NCBI GenBank assembly: GCA_001769035.1
Contig: MENF01000066.1
Span: 2,389-66,388, forward strand
DNA from: Bacteroidetes bacterium GWA2_32_17
GTDB lineage: Bacteria; Bacteroidota; Bacteroidia; Bacteroidales; GWA2-32-17
Reading direction: 5' to 3'
Length of the DNA stretch: 64,000 nucleotides
This document shows, piece after piece, positions 44,715-54,566 of this stretch (positions are counted from its first letter, which is position 1; every line of letters starts with the position of its first letter). Under the pieces are notes generated by a model. It worked only from the letters and a program-made list of their open reading frames with translations. It was not told where the DNA came from and did no database searches. The position numbers were made by a program, and so were the translations under genes.

Positions 44715-46841
44715 ATGAAAACTTTAAATAATATTTTTCAATTTAATAAAATAAAAAAAACTTTTTTATTTTCTCTGCTATTTGTTTTTTTGTTTGTAAA
44801 TGGTTTTTCTCAAACTCATTTATGTTCAGAATATGAAGCAGATAAAAAAGCAGAATTAGAAAACCCCGATTTCTTAAAAGCCAAAACTGAACTTGATAAT
44901 TTCACAAATCAATATGAGCAAAGCAATCAAAAATCAGAAGTAATATATATTATTCCTGTTGTATTTCATGTTTTACACAATTATGGTTCAGAAAACATCT
45001 CAAAAGCACAAATTTTAGATGCTGTTAGAATTATTAATGAGGACTTTAATAAATTAAATGCCGACACTTCTCAAATAATTCCAGAATTTCAGGGAATTGC
45101 TGCAAATTCTCATATTGAATTTCGTTTGGCTCAAATTGACCCTTATGGAAATTGTACCGATGGTATTGTTCGAACTGTAACAAGCGAAACTAATAATGCA
45201 GGCGATGATACAAAACTACTCTCACCATCATGGAACAGAACAAAATATTTAAATATTTGGACAGCAGCAAACCTCGAATCTGGTGCTGCAGGTTATTCTT
45301 TTTACCCATCAAGTGTTTCTGGTGCATGGGGTGTAAGTATTGATGGAGTTATGATTCTTGATTCTTATGTTGGAAGTATTGGAACAGGTAATTATACTTA
45401 TGCCCGTGCTTTATCGCACGAAATTGGGCATTATCTGAATTTAGCACATACATGGGGAAATAGCAACACACCTGGTCTTCTATCAAATTGTAGTATTGAT
45501 GACGGGGTAAGTGATACACCAAACACAATTGGACATACAAGTTGCAATTTATATTCTAATACTTGCGGTTTTCTCGACAATGTTCAAAACTATATGGATT
45601 ATTCGTACTGCGATAGAATGTTTACCGAAGGACAAAAAACAAGGATGAGAGCAGCTTTAAATAGCTCTGTTAGTGGCAGAAACAACCTTTGGACTGCTTC
45701 AAATTTAATAGCTACCGGTACAAATGATGGTTACATTGCTCAAGTTTGTGCTCCTATTCCTGATTTTATTTATTATAATTCATTCGGATGTAATAGTATG
45801 TCAGTTCAATATACTGATTTAACGTGGAATGTTGATTCCGGATATACTATTTTATGGTCATTCCCAGGTGGAACTCCATCTACATCAAATATTTCTAACC
45901 CTAATGTTTCGTATTCAAATACAGGTGATTATGGTTCGACATTAACTGTTTCAAATATAAGTGGAAGTAATCAGATTACTAAATCTAACATAATTCATAT
46001 TCAAGATCCTACTACTGGCGAAGGCATTCCATGGGTCGAAAGTTTTGAAAATAGTTCTTTCCCAATCAATTTAACCGACTCGTCAAAAAATTGGTTAATA
46101 TTAGGGAATAGCAATTTTAATTGGTCGCAAGTTAATGTTGCATACAATGGTTTATCATCTGTAAAAGTACCAAATGAAAACAATACTTTAAATCAAACTT
46201 CAGAGTTATATTCTCCAAATATTATTACATCGTCAAACAGCCATAATAATTTCTTTACTTTTAGGGTAGCTTATGCTCAAAAATTATCAACAGATGTTGA
46301 CAAATTACAGGTTTATATTTCATCTAATTGTGGTTTAACTTGGTATCCACGATTCACAAAATCTGGTGCAGAACTCGCAACTAATGGAGGAACGCTTGTA
46401 AGCTCTTTTAGCCCTGATACTTCGCAATGGAGAAAAGAAACAATTAGTCTTGGCTTATATTCAAATAAACCTTATATTAGAGTAAAGTTTCTTGTTACTT
46501 CTGGCAATGGAAATAGCATATATTTAGATGATATTAATTTAGACCAATTAACCAACATAGATAATTTGCCACTTTCTGTTTCAAATAATTTAAATATTTT
46601 TCCAAACCCTGTAAATAAGGAATCAATATTAGTTTTTGATTTAAGCAAGACATCTGAAGTTGAACTTTCACTTTCAAATGTTTTAGGACAAAAGTTAACT
46701 TTTTACAAAAATAATTTTATTGCTGGTCCTTATGATTTGAATGTAAATGAACTTTTTAAAACAGATTTGCAACAAGGAATATATTTTCTTTCGGTTACCA
46801 TTAATGGCATATCGGAAACATTAAAACTGGTAAAGGAATAA
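44715..46841 (+). CDS. M43 zinc metalloprotease + PKD + T9SS CTD
   Basis: IPVVFHV, HEIGHYLNLAHTW, NYMDY, MFTEGQ. Confidence 0.92.
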   Translation: MKTLNNIFQFNKIKKTFLFSLLFVFLFVNGFSQTHLCSEYEADKKAELENPDFLKAKTELDNFTNQYEQSNQKSEVIYIIPVVFHVLHNYGSENISKAQILDAVRIINEDFNKLNADTSQIIPEFQGIAANSHIEFRLAQIDPYGNCTDGIVRTVTSETNNAGDDTKLLSPSWNRTKYLNIWTAANLESGAAGYSFYPSSVSGAWGVSIDGVMILDSYVGSIGTGNYTYARALSHEIGHYLNLAHTWGNSNTPGLLSNCSIDDGVSDTPNTIGHTSCNLYSNTCGFLDNVQNYMDYSYCDRMFTEGQKTRMRAALNSSVSGRNNLWTASNLIATGTNDGYIAQVCAPIPDFIYYNSFGCNSMSVQYTDLTWNVDSGYTILWSFPGGTPSTSNISNPNVSYSNTGDYGSTLTVSNISGSNQITKSNIIHIQDPTTGEGIPWVESFENSSFPINLTDSSKNWLILGNSNFNWSQVNVAYNGLSSVKVPNENNTLNQTSELYSPNIITSSNSHNNFFTFRVAYAQKLSTDVDKLQVYISSNCGLTWYPRFTKSGAELATNGGTLVSSFSPDTSQWRKETISLGLYSNKPYIRVKFLVTSGNGNSIYLDDINLDQLTNIDNLPLSVSNNLNIFPNPVNKESILVFDLSKTSEVELSLSNVLGQKLTFYKNNFIAGPYDLNVNELFKTDLQQGIYFLSVTINGISETLKLVKE

Positions 46842-46980
46842 TTATATTTAAAAAAATATCGAACAAGGATTAATGAATAATTGTTACACAACCTGACAGG
46901 TTACGAAGTTCCTGTCAGGTTGTGTATTTAAGAAATATAAGTAATTATAATGAAACTTAACTGAAATATAACAAATGAAA
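46840..46980 (+). repeat. Fourth, partial copy of the ATGAAA-associated element
   Basis: Reverse complement of 7402-7535, including the ACCTGACAGG palindrome; ends AAATATAACAA-ATGAAA. Confidence 0.75.
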
Positions 46981-47016
46981 TTCATCCTATAAAATAAATT
47001 TTAAATAAAAATCATC

Positions 47017-50000
47017 ATGAAAAATTTAAGCTTTTTAATTATCACTTTCTTTATTGTAAGTGTGTCGTTTTCTCAAACTTATAACCCTAATTTTTTAGAT
47101 GGGCGAATAATGTTTAAATTGAAAACTAATGTGCATACTAAAGAAATAGTAAAACGTACAGATTTAAACAGTTATAGCAAAGTTGAAAATCTGGCAAACT
47201 ATCCCGAATTAGCTCTGGCATTGAAAGACTTTTCAATAACAAAATTCGAAAGACCAAGCTTTTATACGGGCAGAGCAGAATTAATGAAAATTTACCGGAT
47301 TTGTTTTTCTGATTTTTCAGATATAAAACAAATTATTAAAAAATTAAAACAGTTGAATTTTATCGAATTTGCCGAAAAAGAACCTATTTATAAAACAGAT
47401 TTTATTCCTAACGATACATATTATACAGGTACTTATAAATGGTATCATACTTTAGTTAATTCAGAGCAAGCTTGGGATATTAGTTTAGGAAGCAATTCAG
47501 TTAAAGTTGCTATTGTTGATAATGCAGTTTTTGCTAGTCATTCTGATTTAACTACATTTAAACAATTCGATGTTGCCGATAACGATAACAATGCAACTCC
47601 TCCTATTGTGTATTCTTCCGACCAGGGATGGTCGCATGGTACTCATACTTCAGGATTAGCAACTGCCGATTTAAACAATAGTTTAGGAATAGCTTCTTTA
47701 GGCGGCAATGTTGAATTAATTGCAGTAAAGGCAACTCCAAATAGCGCTTCTTCTGAAAGTATCTGGTACGGATACGATGGAATTCAATGGGCTTGCGAAA
47801 ATGGTGCTAATGTTGTTAGTATGTCTTTTGGCGGAACAACACCAAGCACTTCTACTCAAACATTAATAAATTCATATCCCGAAGTAGTTTTTTTAGCATC
47901 TGCAGGTAACGATGGAAATACAACACCTAATTATCCAGCTGCATACAATAATGTTATTGGTGTTGGCTCTGTTGATGGTAATGACAGCCGTTCAAGTTTC
48001 TCAAATTATAATGGTTCAACACCATTTGTTGATATTGCTTCTCCAGGTGGGTTTACTAATGGAGGTTTAATGAGTACTGTTTATTCAAGTTCAGGAAATA
48101 CCTATGGACTAATGAGTGGAACGTCAATGTCATGTCCTTTTGCAGCAGGACTTGTTGGTTTAATGTTAAGTGTTAACCCAACTCTTACACCTACTCAAAT
48201 CGAAAATTGTTTGATATCTTCCGGAGTAAACATTAACCAAAATGTTGGTCCAAGAATAGACGCTTATGCTGCAATGCAATGCGTTCAGGCAACTTTAACC
48301 GGCGACCCATTTGTAAATTTTTGGGGTGCTCCTGTATCAATTTACGAAGGACAAACTGTTACTTATTACGACAACTCAGCAGGTGGTGGAAATCCTATTA
48401 CAAATTGGCAATGGTTGTTCCCCGGAGGTACTCCTTCGTCTTATACCGGTCAAACTCCACCAGTTATAACATATTCCGTATCAGGAATTTATGATGTAAC
48501 TATAACAGTTACTAATTCTCAAAGTTCTCAAACACTCACACGAACTGGTTATATTAACGTTAGTATGCAACCTTATGGTGCATGGCTCGAAGAAGCATCG
48601 GGATTTGCAACTGCATCACGAGGAATTAATTTTCTTTCGGTAGTTGACCAAAATACAATTTGGGCTACAGCTTACGATGGTTCTGGTACAGCAGCAAATA
48701 TTCAGGAATTTACTAAAACTACTAATGGTGGAACTACTTGGACACCTGGAACTATTAATATTGGTAATACTGCTTTAGGAATATCAATGATTCATGCTTT
48801 TGATGCCAATACTGCCTGGTTAGCTGCATACCCTAATGCTGCCGGACAAACAGGTGGAGTATGGAAAACTACCAACGGTGGTACTACATGGATTCGACAA
48901 AATACAGCATTATATAATAATGCCAGTTCATTTACAAATGTTGTTTATTTTTGGGATGCTAATACTGGCTTTTGTATGGGTGATCCTATTAATGGCGAAT
49001 ATGAAGTTTATACAACAACAAATGGTGGTACTACATGGACACCTATTTCGGCTGCAAATATACCAAATCCATTATCTGGCGAATATGGTTATACCCGGCA
49101 AATTGAAGTTGTTGGTAACGATGTTTGGTTTACTACTAACAAAGGCAGAATTTACCATTCTACTGATAAAGGTTTAACATTTCAGGTATTTCAAACACCA
49201 ATTTCTGATTTTGGTTCTGTTGTAACACCATCTTTCACATCTTCAAACACTGGCATTTTTGTAGTCAGCGACAGTGTATATAAAACTGTTAATGGAGGTG
49301 CAACATGGAACCTGTTAAATACAACTGGTTCAGTATTCTCAACCGGATTATGCTATATTGTAGGCACTGATACTGTTTTTTCAACTGGTGCAGCTGCTGG
49401 AACTTCTGGTTCTTCATATAGCGTTGATGGTGGAATAAACTGGAATATTGTTGATAATGCCCAGCATACATCTGTTGAGTTTATTAACTCCTTAATTGGA
49501 TGGTCGGGTTGGTTTAATTTAAATGCTAGTTCTCAAGGTATGTGGAAATGGTATAAAGTAAACACAAGTTTGTTTGTTGATTTCTCGGGCTCACCTGTTA
49601 ATGCCTGTGTAGGTGATACTGTTAATTTTACTGATTTAACAACCGGCGGAACACCTATATCATGGCAATGGAGTTTTCCTGGCGGCACACCTTCAACATC
49701 TACATTGCAAAACCCTTCAGTAGTTTATAGTGCAGTTGGTTCGTACAATGTTTCTTTAACTGTAGATGATGGTAATGGACCTGCTTCAAAACAAATTACA
49801 GGATATATAAATGTTCTTACTACTCCAGCCCAGCCAGGACCTATTTTGGGTAATGCATTTCCATGCCAGGGAGCAAATATAACATATTCTGTAACAAATG
49901 TTCCTAATGTGTTTTATTCATGGACAGTACCAACTGGATGGACAGGAACAAGTACCACTAATTCGTTATTAGCAACAGTTGACTCAACTGCTGGTCAAGT

Positions 50001-50544
50001 AAAAGTTACAGCAGATAATGTTTGCGGAAGTAGTCCACAACGTACTAAATATATAACACCTACAAAATTACCCGTTGCCGGTTTTACTTATATTGATAAT
50101 CAGGAAACAGTTAGTTTTACAAGTACATCTACCAATGCTACTTCATACAGTTGGAATTTTGGCGATTTATCTACCGGTAATACTGCTAATCCTACACATA
50201 CTTATACTAATGTTGGAAACTTTTTAGTAACACTTATTGTAACTAATTCATGTGGTACCGATACAATTACACAAGTTATTAATATAACTATAATTGGAAT
50301 TAATGAAGTAATTATTAATAATATTAATATTTACCCTAATCCTGTTAAGGATATGTTATTTATTGATTTTAATAATTCTAATTTAATTAATTCTGAAATT
50401 AACATTACCGATATTCTTGGTAATATTGTTATTAATAATAAAATTGATAAACTAAATTATAGTATTGATTTATCAAAACTTAATAAAGGAATGTACTTTA
50501 TTAATATTAATAATGTAAATACATATAAATTTGTTAAGGAATAA
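47017..50544 (+). CDS. S8 subtilase + PKD + BNR propeller + T9SS CTD
   Basis: VAIVD, HGTH, AGND, GTSMS catalytic motifs; TTNGGTTW repeats; PKD domains. Confidence 0.92.
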   Translation: MKNLSFLIITFFIVSVSFSQTYNPNFLDGRIMFKLKTNVHTKEIVKRTDLNSYSKVENLANYPELALALKDFSITKFERPSFYTGRAELMKIYRICFSDFSDIKQIIKKLKQLNFIEFAEKEPIYKTDFIPNDTYYTGTYKWYHTLVNSEQAWDISLGSNSVKVAIVDNAVFASHSDLTTFKQFDVADNDNNATPPIVYSSDQGWSHGTHTSGLATADLNNSLGIASLGGNVELIAVKATPNSASSESIWYGYDGIQWACENGANVVSMSFGGTTPSTSTQTLINSYPEVVFLASAGNDGNTTPNYPAAYNNVIGVGSVDGNDSRSSFSNYNGSTPFVDIASPGGFTNGGLMSTVYSSSGNTYGLMSGTSMSCPFAAGLVGLMLSVNPTLTPTQIENCLISSGVNINQNVGPRIDAYAAMQCVQATLTGDPFVNFWGAPVSIYEGQTVTYYDNSAGGGNPITNWQWLFPGGTPSSYTGQTPPVITYSVSGIYDVTITVTNSQSSQTLTRTGYINVSMQPYGAWLEEASGFATASRGINFLSVVDQNTIWATAYDGSGTAANIQEFTKTTNGGTTWTPGTINIGNTALGISMIHAFDANTAWLAAYPNAAGQTGGVWKTTNGGTTWIRQNTALYNNASSFTNVVYFWDANTGFCMGDPINGEYEVYTTTNGGTTWTPISAANIPNPLSGEYGYTRQIEVVGNDVWFTTNKGRIYHSTDKGLTFQVFQTPISDFGSVVTPSFTSSNTGIFVVSDSVYKTVNGGATWNLLNTTGSVFSTGLCYIVGTDTVFSTGAAAGTSGSSYSVDGGINWNIVDNAQHTSVEFINSLIGWSGWFNLNASSQGMWKWYKVNTSLFVDFSGSPVNACVGDTVNFTDLTTGGTPISWQWSFPGGTPSTSTLQNPSVVYSAVGSYNVSLTVDDGNGPASKQITGYINVLTTPAQPGPILGNAFPCQGANITYSVTNVPNVFYSWTVPTGWTGTSTTNSLLATVDSTAGQVKVTADNVCGSSPQRTKYITPTKLPVAGFTYIDNQETVSFTSTSTNATSYSWNFGDLSTGNTANPTHTYTNVGNFLVTLIVTNSCGTDTITQVINITIIGINEVIINNINIYPNPVKDMLFIDFNNSNLINSEINITDILGNIVINNKIDKLNYSIDLSKLNKGMYFININNVNTYKFVKE

Positions 50545-50564
50545 TAAATTTTAATATAATATTT

Positions 50565-50604
50565 AAACACATTCATCGTTTATTTTCGATGAATGTGTTT
50601 TTTT
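50565..50604 (+). terminator. Intrinsic terminator
   Basis: AAACACATTCATCG...CGATGAATGTGTTT followed by a T-run. Confidence 0.65.
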
Positions 50605-51690
50605 AAAATGAATAATTATCTAAAAATATTTTTAGCCATTTATTTGTTAATTCACAACTTTAAGTGTGATAGTCAAATTGTTATGGATACTACTGATTTG
50701 CCTGATATTGGAACAATTCAAGTTTCTGTAAAAGTTGATAGTTTACAGGGAAGCACTTTAAATCCAGGAAATTCGGGTGAAAATTTAATTTGGGATTTTA
50801 GTAATTTATTACCATGTTGCGGTACAGTTGAAACATCAACCGATACAATTAAGTGGCTAAATCCACAAACTACACCAAACGGTCAAAATTTTATTTCTTC
50901 AAATTTATCTGATGCAATGAATTGTTATACTTACCATTCGCATGTTACACATAATGATGAATTAGTTTGTAATTACTTTTATTACATTAAAAATACCGAC
51001 GGTTTATTTATAAATGGTATTGCCGAACAAGGAAATGTTGTTATTTATCAAAACTATAATTTTTTCCCATTAATATTATATGGCGATTCAACCGAAGATA
51101 ATGCAAGAATAACTAAAATTAACGACGACACATTATTCTCAACTTTTTTTTCGTACAAATCAATTGCCGATTCATGGGGTACAATAACCACACCAGCAGG
51201 ACAATTTAATGCTATTCGTATTTTTACAACAGAATCTGTTTTCGATAGTATTTATATAAACGGTTCAGATTTTCAAACAAATGTTTCAAATAATAATTAT
51301 TATTACAGATGGTATTCAAAAGGCATCAAATCTCCTGTTTTAGAAATTTATAAAGGGCTTTGGCACCTCAAAAAAACAAATCAGCAAAAAACAATTTACA
51401 GTATTGATAATAATACAAGCATTAATTCTCAAATATTACAAAAAAACTTGTTTAAGATATACCCGAATCCTGTATTTAATACTTTAAATATTTCGATTAT
51501 CAATCAAAAAATTATAGATAATTACAATTTAATAATATATAATAATTTAGGATGCGAAGTACTAAAAATTAATAATATTTATAACAATCAGTCTATTGAT
51601 TTAGAACAAGTTCTTGTAAAAGGTTTTTATTATTTTATTATCTTTAATGATGGTAAAATAATATTTTCTGATAAGTTGATTAAATTATAA
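50593..51690 (+). CDS. T9SS cargo with Cys/His loop, paralog of 42995
   Basis: DLPDIG, GENLIWDF, CYTYHSHVTHNDELVC, ADSWG; likely start 50608. Confidence 0.8.
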   Translation: MCFFKMNNYLKIFLAIYLLIHNFKCDSQIVMDTTDLPDIGTIQVSVKVDSLQGSTLNPGNSGENLIWDFSNLLPCCGTVETSTDTIKWLNPQTTPNGQNFISSNLSDAMNCYTYHSHVTHNDELVCNYFYYIKNTDGLFINGIAEQGNVVIYQNYNFFPLILYGDSTEDNARITKINDDTLFSTFFSYKSIADSWGTITTPAGQFNAIRIFTTESVFDSIYINGSDFQTNVSNNNYYYRWYSKGIKSPVLEIYKGLWHLKKTNQQKTIYSIDNNTSINSQILQKNLFKIYPNPVFNTLNISIINQKIIDNYNLIIYNNLGCEVLKINNIYNNQSIDLEQVLVKGFYYFIIFNDGKIIFSDKLIKL

Positions 51691-51705
51691 TTTTTATTTA
51701 AACAT

Positions 51706-51731
51706 TAAACCTTTTTCTAAAAAAGTAGTCT
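51706..51731 (+). promoter_or_regulatory. Putative ECF sigma promoter
   Basis: TAAACC-N16-GTCT. Confidence 0.55.
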
Positions 51732-51754
51732 TACAAAAAAAATGAATTAGTTTA

Positions 51755-52120
51755 ATGAAAATACTTTCGAGCATATTACTTTCTTTAATTATAATTATAT
51801 CAACAAGTGGTATTTTTGTTTCGGAGCATTTTTGTAGTAATAAATTAATGTCGGTTTCTTTTTTCACTAATGCTAAAAAATGTTGTGATAATAATTGCCC
51901 ATATTGTAAAAACATTAATCATTCTTATAAAGTAAAAACAAAAGTTATTCAATCGCAAACAATTAATTTAAAACCTAACAACAGTGTAACAGATTTGTTC
52001 TTACTTCCTTCAAATAAAGTATTTACATATATTACTATTCCTGATTTTTCTTTAGAAATAGTTATTCCTCCCCTCATAAAAGAGAACCTTAATATCCTTT
52101 TTTCAATTTTTAGATTATGA
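51755..52120 (+). CDS. HYC_CC_PP-type small Cys-rich protein, copy 2
   Basis: HFC, CCDNNCPYC, IPP, FRL end; paralog of 44251. Confidence 0.82.
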   Translation: MKILSSILLSLIIIISTSGIFVSEHFCSNKLMSVSFFTNAKKCCDNNCPYCKNINHSYKVKTKVIQSQTINLKPNNSVTDLFLLPSNKVFTYITIPDFSLEIVIPPLIKENLNILFSIFRL

Positions 52121-52127
52121 TTATTGT

Positions 52128-52152
52128 AATTTGTTAAATACTTTAACAAATT
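52128..52152 (+). promoter_or_regulatory. Hairpin immediately after leader ORF copy 2
   Basis: AATTTGTTAAA-TAC-TTTAACAAATT. Confidence 0.5.
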
Positions 52153-52164
52153 TAACTTTGTTAT

Positions 52165-52635
52165 TTGTTTTCATTATGTAAAACAAATAACTTATTATCA
52201 ATAATAATAATTTTAAAAATGAAAAAAATGAAAAACAAAAAATTTTTTCGCAAAAACATTTTAACGTCAATATTATTGACATTATTAATGGTTTCATTTG
52301 GTACCGCTTATTCACAATGTGGCGGAGGGCATAATCATAGTAAAAGCAGTTCAACAAAAAGTGTTGATAACAATGATGTAAATGCAATAAAAGATAGTAC
52401 AAAAACATATACCTGCTCAATGCACTCCGAAGTAATTTCCGACAAACCGGGTAAATGTCCAAAATGTGGAATGGAATTGATTTTAAAAAATTCAGAATCA
52501 ACTCAAAATATGAATTTGGGTTGTATGGGTATGATGCATGGCGAAAAAGGAAAACATAAGGGAATGATGTACGTTGCAGGCGGTGTAATTATGGTGGCTA
52601 TGATGACGGTATTTATGTTCTTAAGAATTAATTAA
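52165..52635 (+). CDS. Heavy-metal-binding-domain protein with Met-rich region and C-terminal TM helix
   Basis: YTCSMHSEV...GKCPKCGMEL; real start probably ~52219. Confidence 0.82.
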   Translation: MFSLCKTNNLLSIIIILKMKKMKNKKFFRKNILTSILLTLLMVSFGTAYSQCGGGHNHSKSSSTKSVDNNDVNAIKDSTKTYTCSMHSEVISDKPGKCPKCGMELILKNSESTQNMNLGCMGMMHGEKGKHKGMMYVAGGVIMVAMMTVFMFLRIN

Positions 52636-52673
52636 TTTATTTTTAAACTAAATTCACAAAAAAAAATAATATT

Positions 52674-53150
52674 ATGGTAAACACATTTCATCCTTTGTTT
52701 GTGCATTTCCCTATAGCATTATTAATTGTTTCGGGAATTATTGCACTTATTGATTTGCTAAAAGGCAATGAGCAATTAAAAAAAATAATATTATGGAATT
52801 TAATATTTGCATTAATAAGTTTTATTTTTACTATTAGTTCAGGTTTCTTTGATGCAAACGCAATTCCGCATAACGAAACTATACATAAAATAATGGAAGT
52901 TCACGAAAAAATCGGCATATTGTTATTTGCAATAACTTTCATTTTAACAATGTGGCTCATAATAAGAATTTCAAAAATGACTAAATTAGAAAACTTATTA
53001 TTTGTAATTTTACTTTGGTTCGCAATGGCTTTGGTTAGCTATAATGGTTACCTTGGTGGTAAAATGGTTTACGAAAATGGTGCCGGTATAAAGCCAATGC
53101 AAAATTCCTTTATATTACAGGAAGCCGAAAAGCACGAACATGAGCATTAA
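52674..53150 (+). CDS. DUF2231 membrane protein
   Basis: HPLFVHFPIAL, GYLGGKMVY. Confidence 0.88.
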   Translation: MVNTFHPLFVHFPIALLIVSGIIALIDLLKGNEQLKKIILWNLIFALISFIFTISSGFFDANAIPHNETIHKIMEVHEKIGILLFAITFILTMWLIIRISKMTKLENLLFVILLWFAMALVSYNGYLGGKMVYENGAGIKPMQNSFILQEAEKHEHEH

Positions 53151-53167
53151 ATAATAAATTAACAATA

Positions 53168-53208
53168 ACCTCAAAGTCCTCTCCTTTGGAGAGGATTTAG
53201 GTGAGGTC
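53168..53208. repeat. Intergenic CCTCTCCTTTGGAGAGG REP
   Basis: Same family as the in-frame inserts at 19102, 21000 and 25194. Confidence 0.85.
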
Positions 53209-53225
53209 AATAAAAAAAATAAAAA

Positions 53226-53612
53226 ATGAATTACTATTTTAATAAAACCGTAAAAATGTCCTTCGAGGATGCAGAAATTAAAGTAATTGAAGCATTAAAA
53301 TCAGAAGGTTTTGGTGTATTAACCGAAATTGATGTTCAGGCAACATTAAAGAAAAAGCTTGATGTTGATTTTAGGAGGTACAAAATACTTGGTGCCTGTA
53401 ATCCGCCTTTTGCATACAAAGCATTGCAGGCAGAAGATAAAATTGGTCTTTTACTGCCCTGCAACATTGTTATTCAAGAAAAATCTGACAAAACAATTGA
53501 AGTTGCAGCAATAAATCCTCTTGCATCAATGGAAGTAGTAGGTAACGAAAAGTTAACTGAAATAGCAAAAGAAGTTCAATCTAAATTAAATAACGTTATT
53601 AAATCAATTTAA
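53226..53612 (+). CDS. DUF302 protein
   Basis: GFGVLTEIDV, ILGACNP, LLPCN. Confidence 0.92.
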   Translation: MNYYFNKTVKMSFEDAEIKVIEALKSEGFGVLTEIDVQATLKKKLDVDFRRYKILGACNPPFAYKALQAEDKIGLLLPCNIVIQEKSDKTIEVAAINPLASMEVVGNEKLTEIAKEVQSKLNNVIKSI

Positions 53613-53624
53613 ATTTTTAAAATC

Positions 53625-53888
53625 ATGAAAGCAAAAAACAGTTTTCTAATTATTATTGCTTTAGTATTAACTTTAGCATTAAGTTCTTGCAGTACACAAG
53701 AAGAAAAAAGTACAGAACAAAGTTCAAATTCCGAAAAAGTTACTTACACTTGCCCAATGCATCCCGAAGTTACCAGCGATATAGCAGACAAATGCCCAAA
53801 GTGCGGAATGGAATTAGTACAGAATGAAGCCCATGAACACGAAGCCCATGAGCACGATATGGATAATGACACAATGAAAATGGAATAA
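53625..53888 (+). CDS. Heavy-metal-binding lipoprotein
   Basis: LSSC lipobox, YTCPMHPEV...CPKCGM, His/Met tail. Confidence 0.88.
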   Translation: MKAKNSFLIIIALVLTLALSSCSTQEEKSTEQSSNSEKVTYTCPMHPEVTSDIADKCPKCGMELVQNEAHEHEAHEHDMDNDTMKME

Positions 53889-53972
53889 ATGTAATTATTT
53901 AATTGTAACTATTCAAAGTAATATTACTAATATTATAACAATGAGTAGTTACAATTATTAAAAAAAAATATT

Positions 53973-54560
53973 ATGAACGCAAAATCATATTTTAAGGTTA
54001 CGCTAATAATTGTTATTATACAGTTATTTACATCTGCTTTATTGTATAGTCAACACAACCATGGCGGTAGCGTTGGTGACGGTACAGGTCACCAAAACCA
54101 TAGCGCAAGTGCTACTAATAGCACACCTGCTGTAAATAAATTTTCTTCTTTTGGAGGTACAGTAAAAAAAGTTGGAAAATATAATATCGAAATGGTTTTT
54201 CAACCAATGATGAAAACCGACCCTTTAATTTTTTTTCTGATGAATAAAAAAGGCAAACCGGTAAACAACCAGGGAATTACAGGTAAAACAGAATTTACAT
54301 ATTCCGATAATAGTACCGAAACAGCAGTATTGAAGCCAAAAGGTGAAAACGGATTTGTTGCACAGATGAATAAGAAAAATCAGTCATTTATATGCAAACT
54401 GACTTTAAAAATAAATGATGAAAACATTACAGAAAATTTTCATGGCAGCAGTGCCGAAAATGCAATTAGTTATACATGTTCTATGCATCCTGAAATAACA
54501 AATAATAAACATGGAAGTTGCCCTAAATGCGGAATGGAATTAGTAAAAAAAAATGAATAA
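53973..54560 (+). CDS. Exported heavy-metal-binding-domain protein
   Basis: His-rich N-terminus, C-terminal YTCSMHPEI...CPKCGM. Confidence 0.85.
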   Translation: MNAKSYFKVTLIIVIIQLFTSALLYSQHNHGGSVGDGTGHQNHSASATNSTPAVNKFSSFGGTVKKVGKYNIEMVFQPMMKTDPLIFFLMNKKGKPVNNQGITGKTEFTYSDNSTETAVLKPKGENGFVAQMNKKNQSFICKLTLKINDENITENFHGSSAENAISYTCSMHPEITNNKHGSCPKCGMELVKKNE

Positions 54561-54566
54561 AATAAA

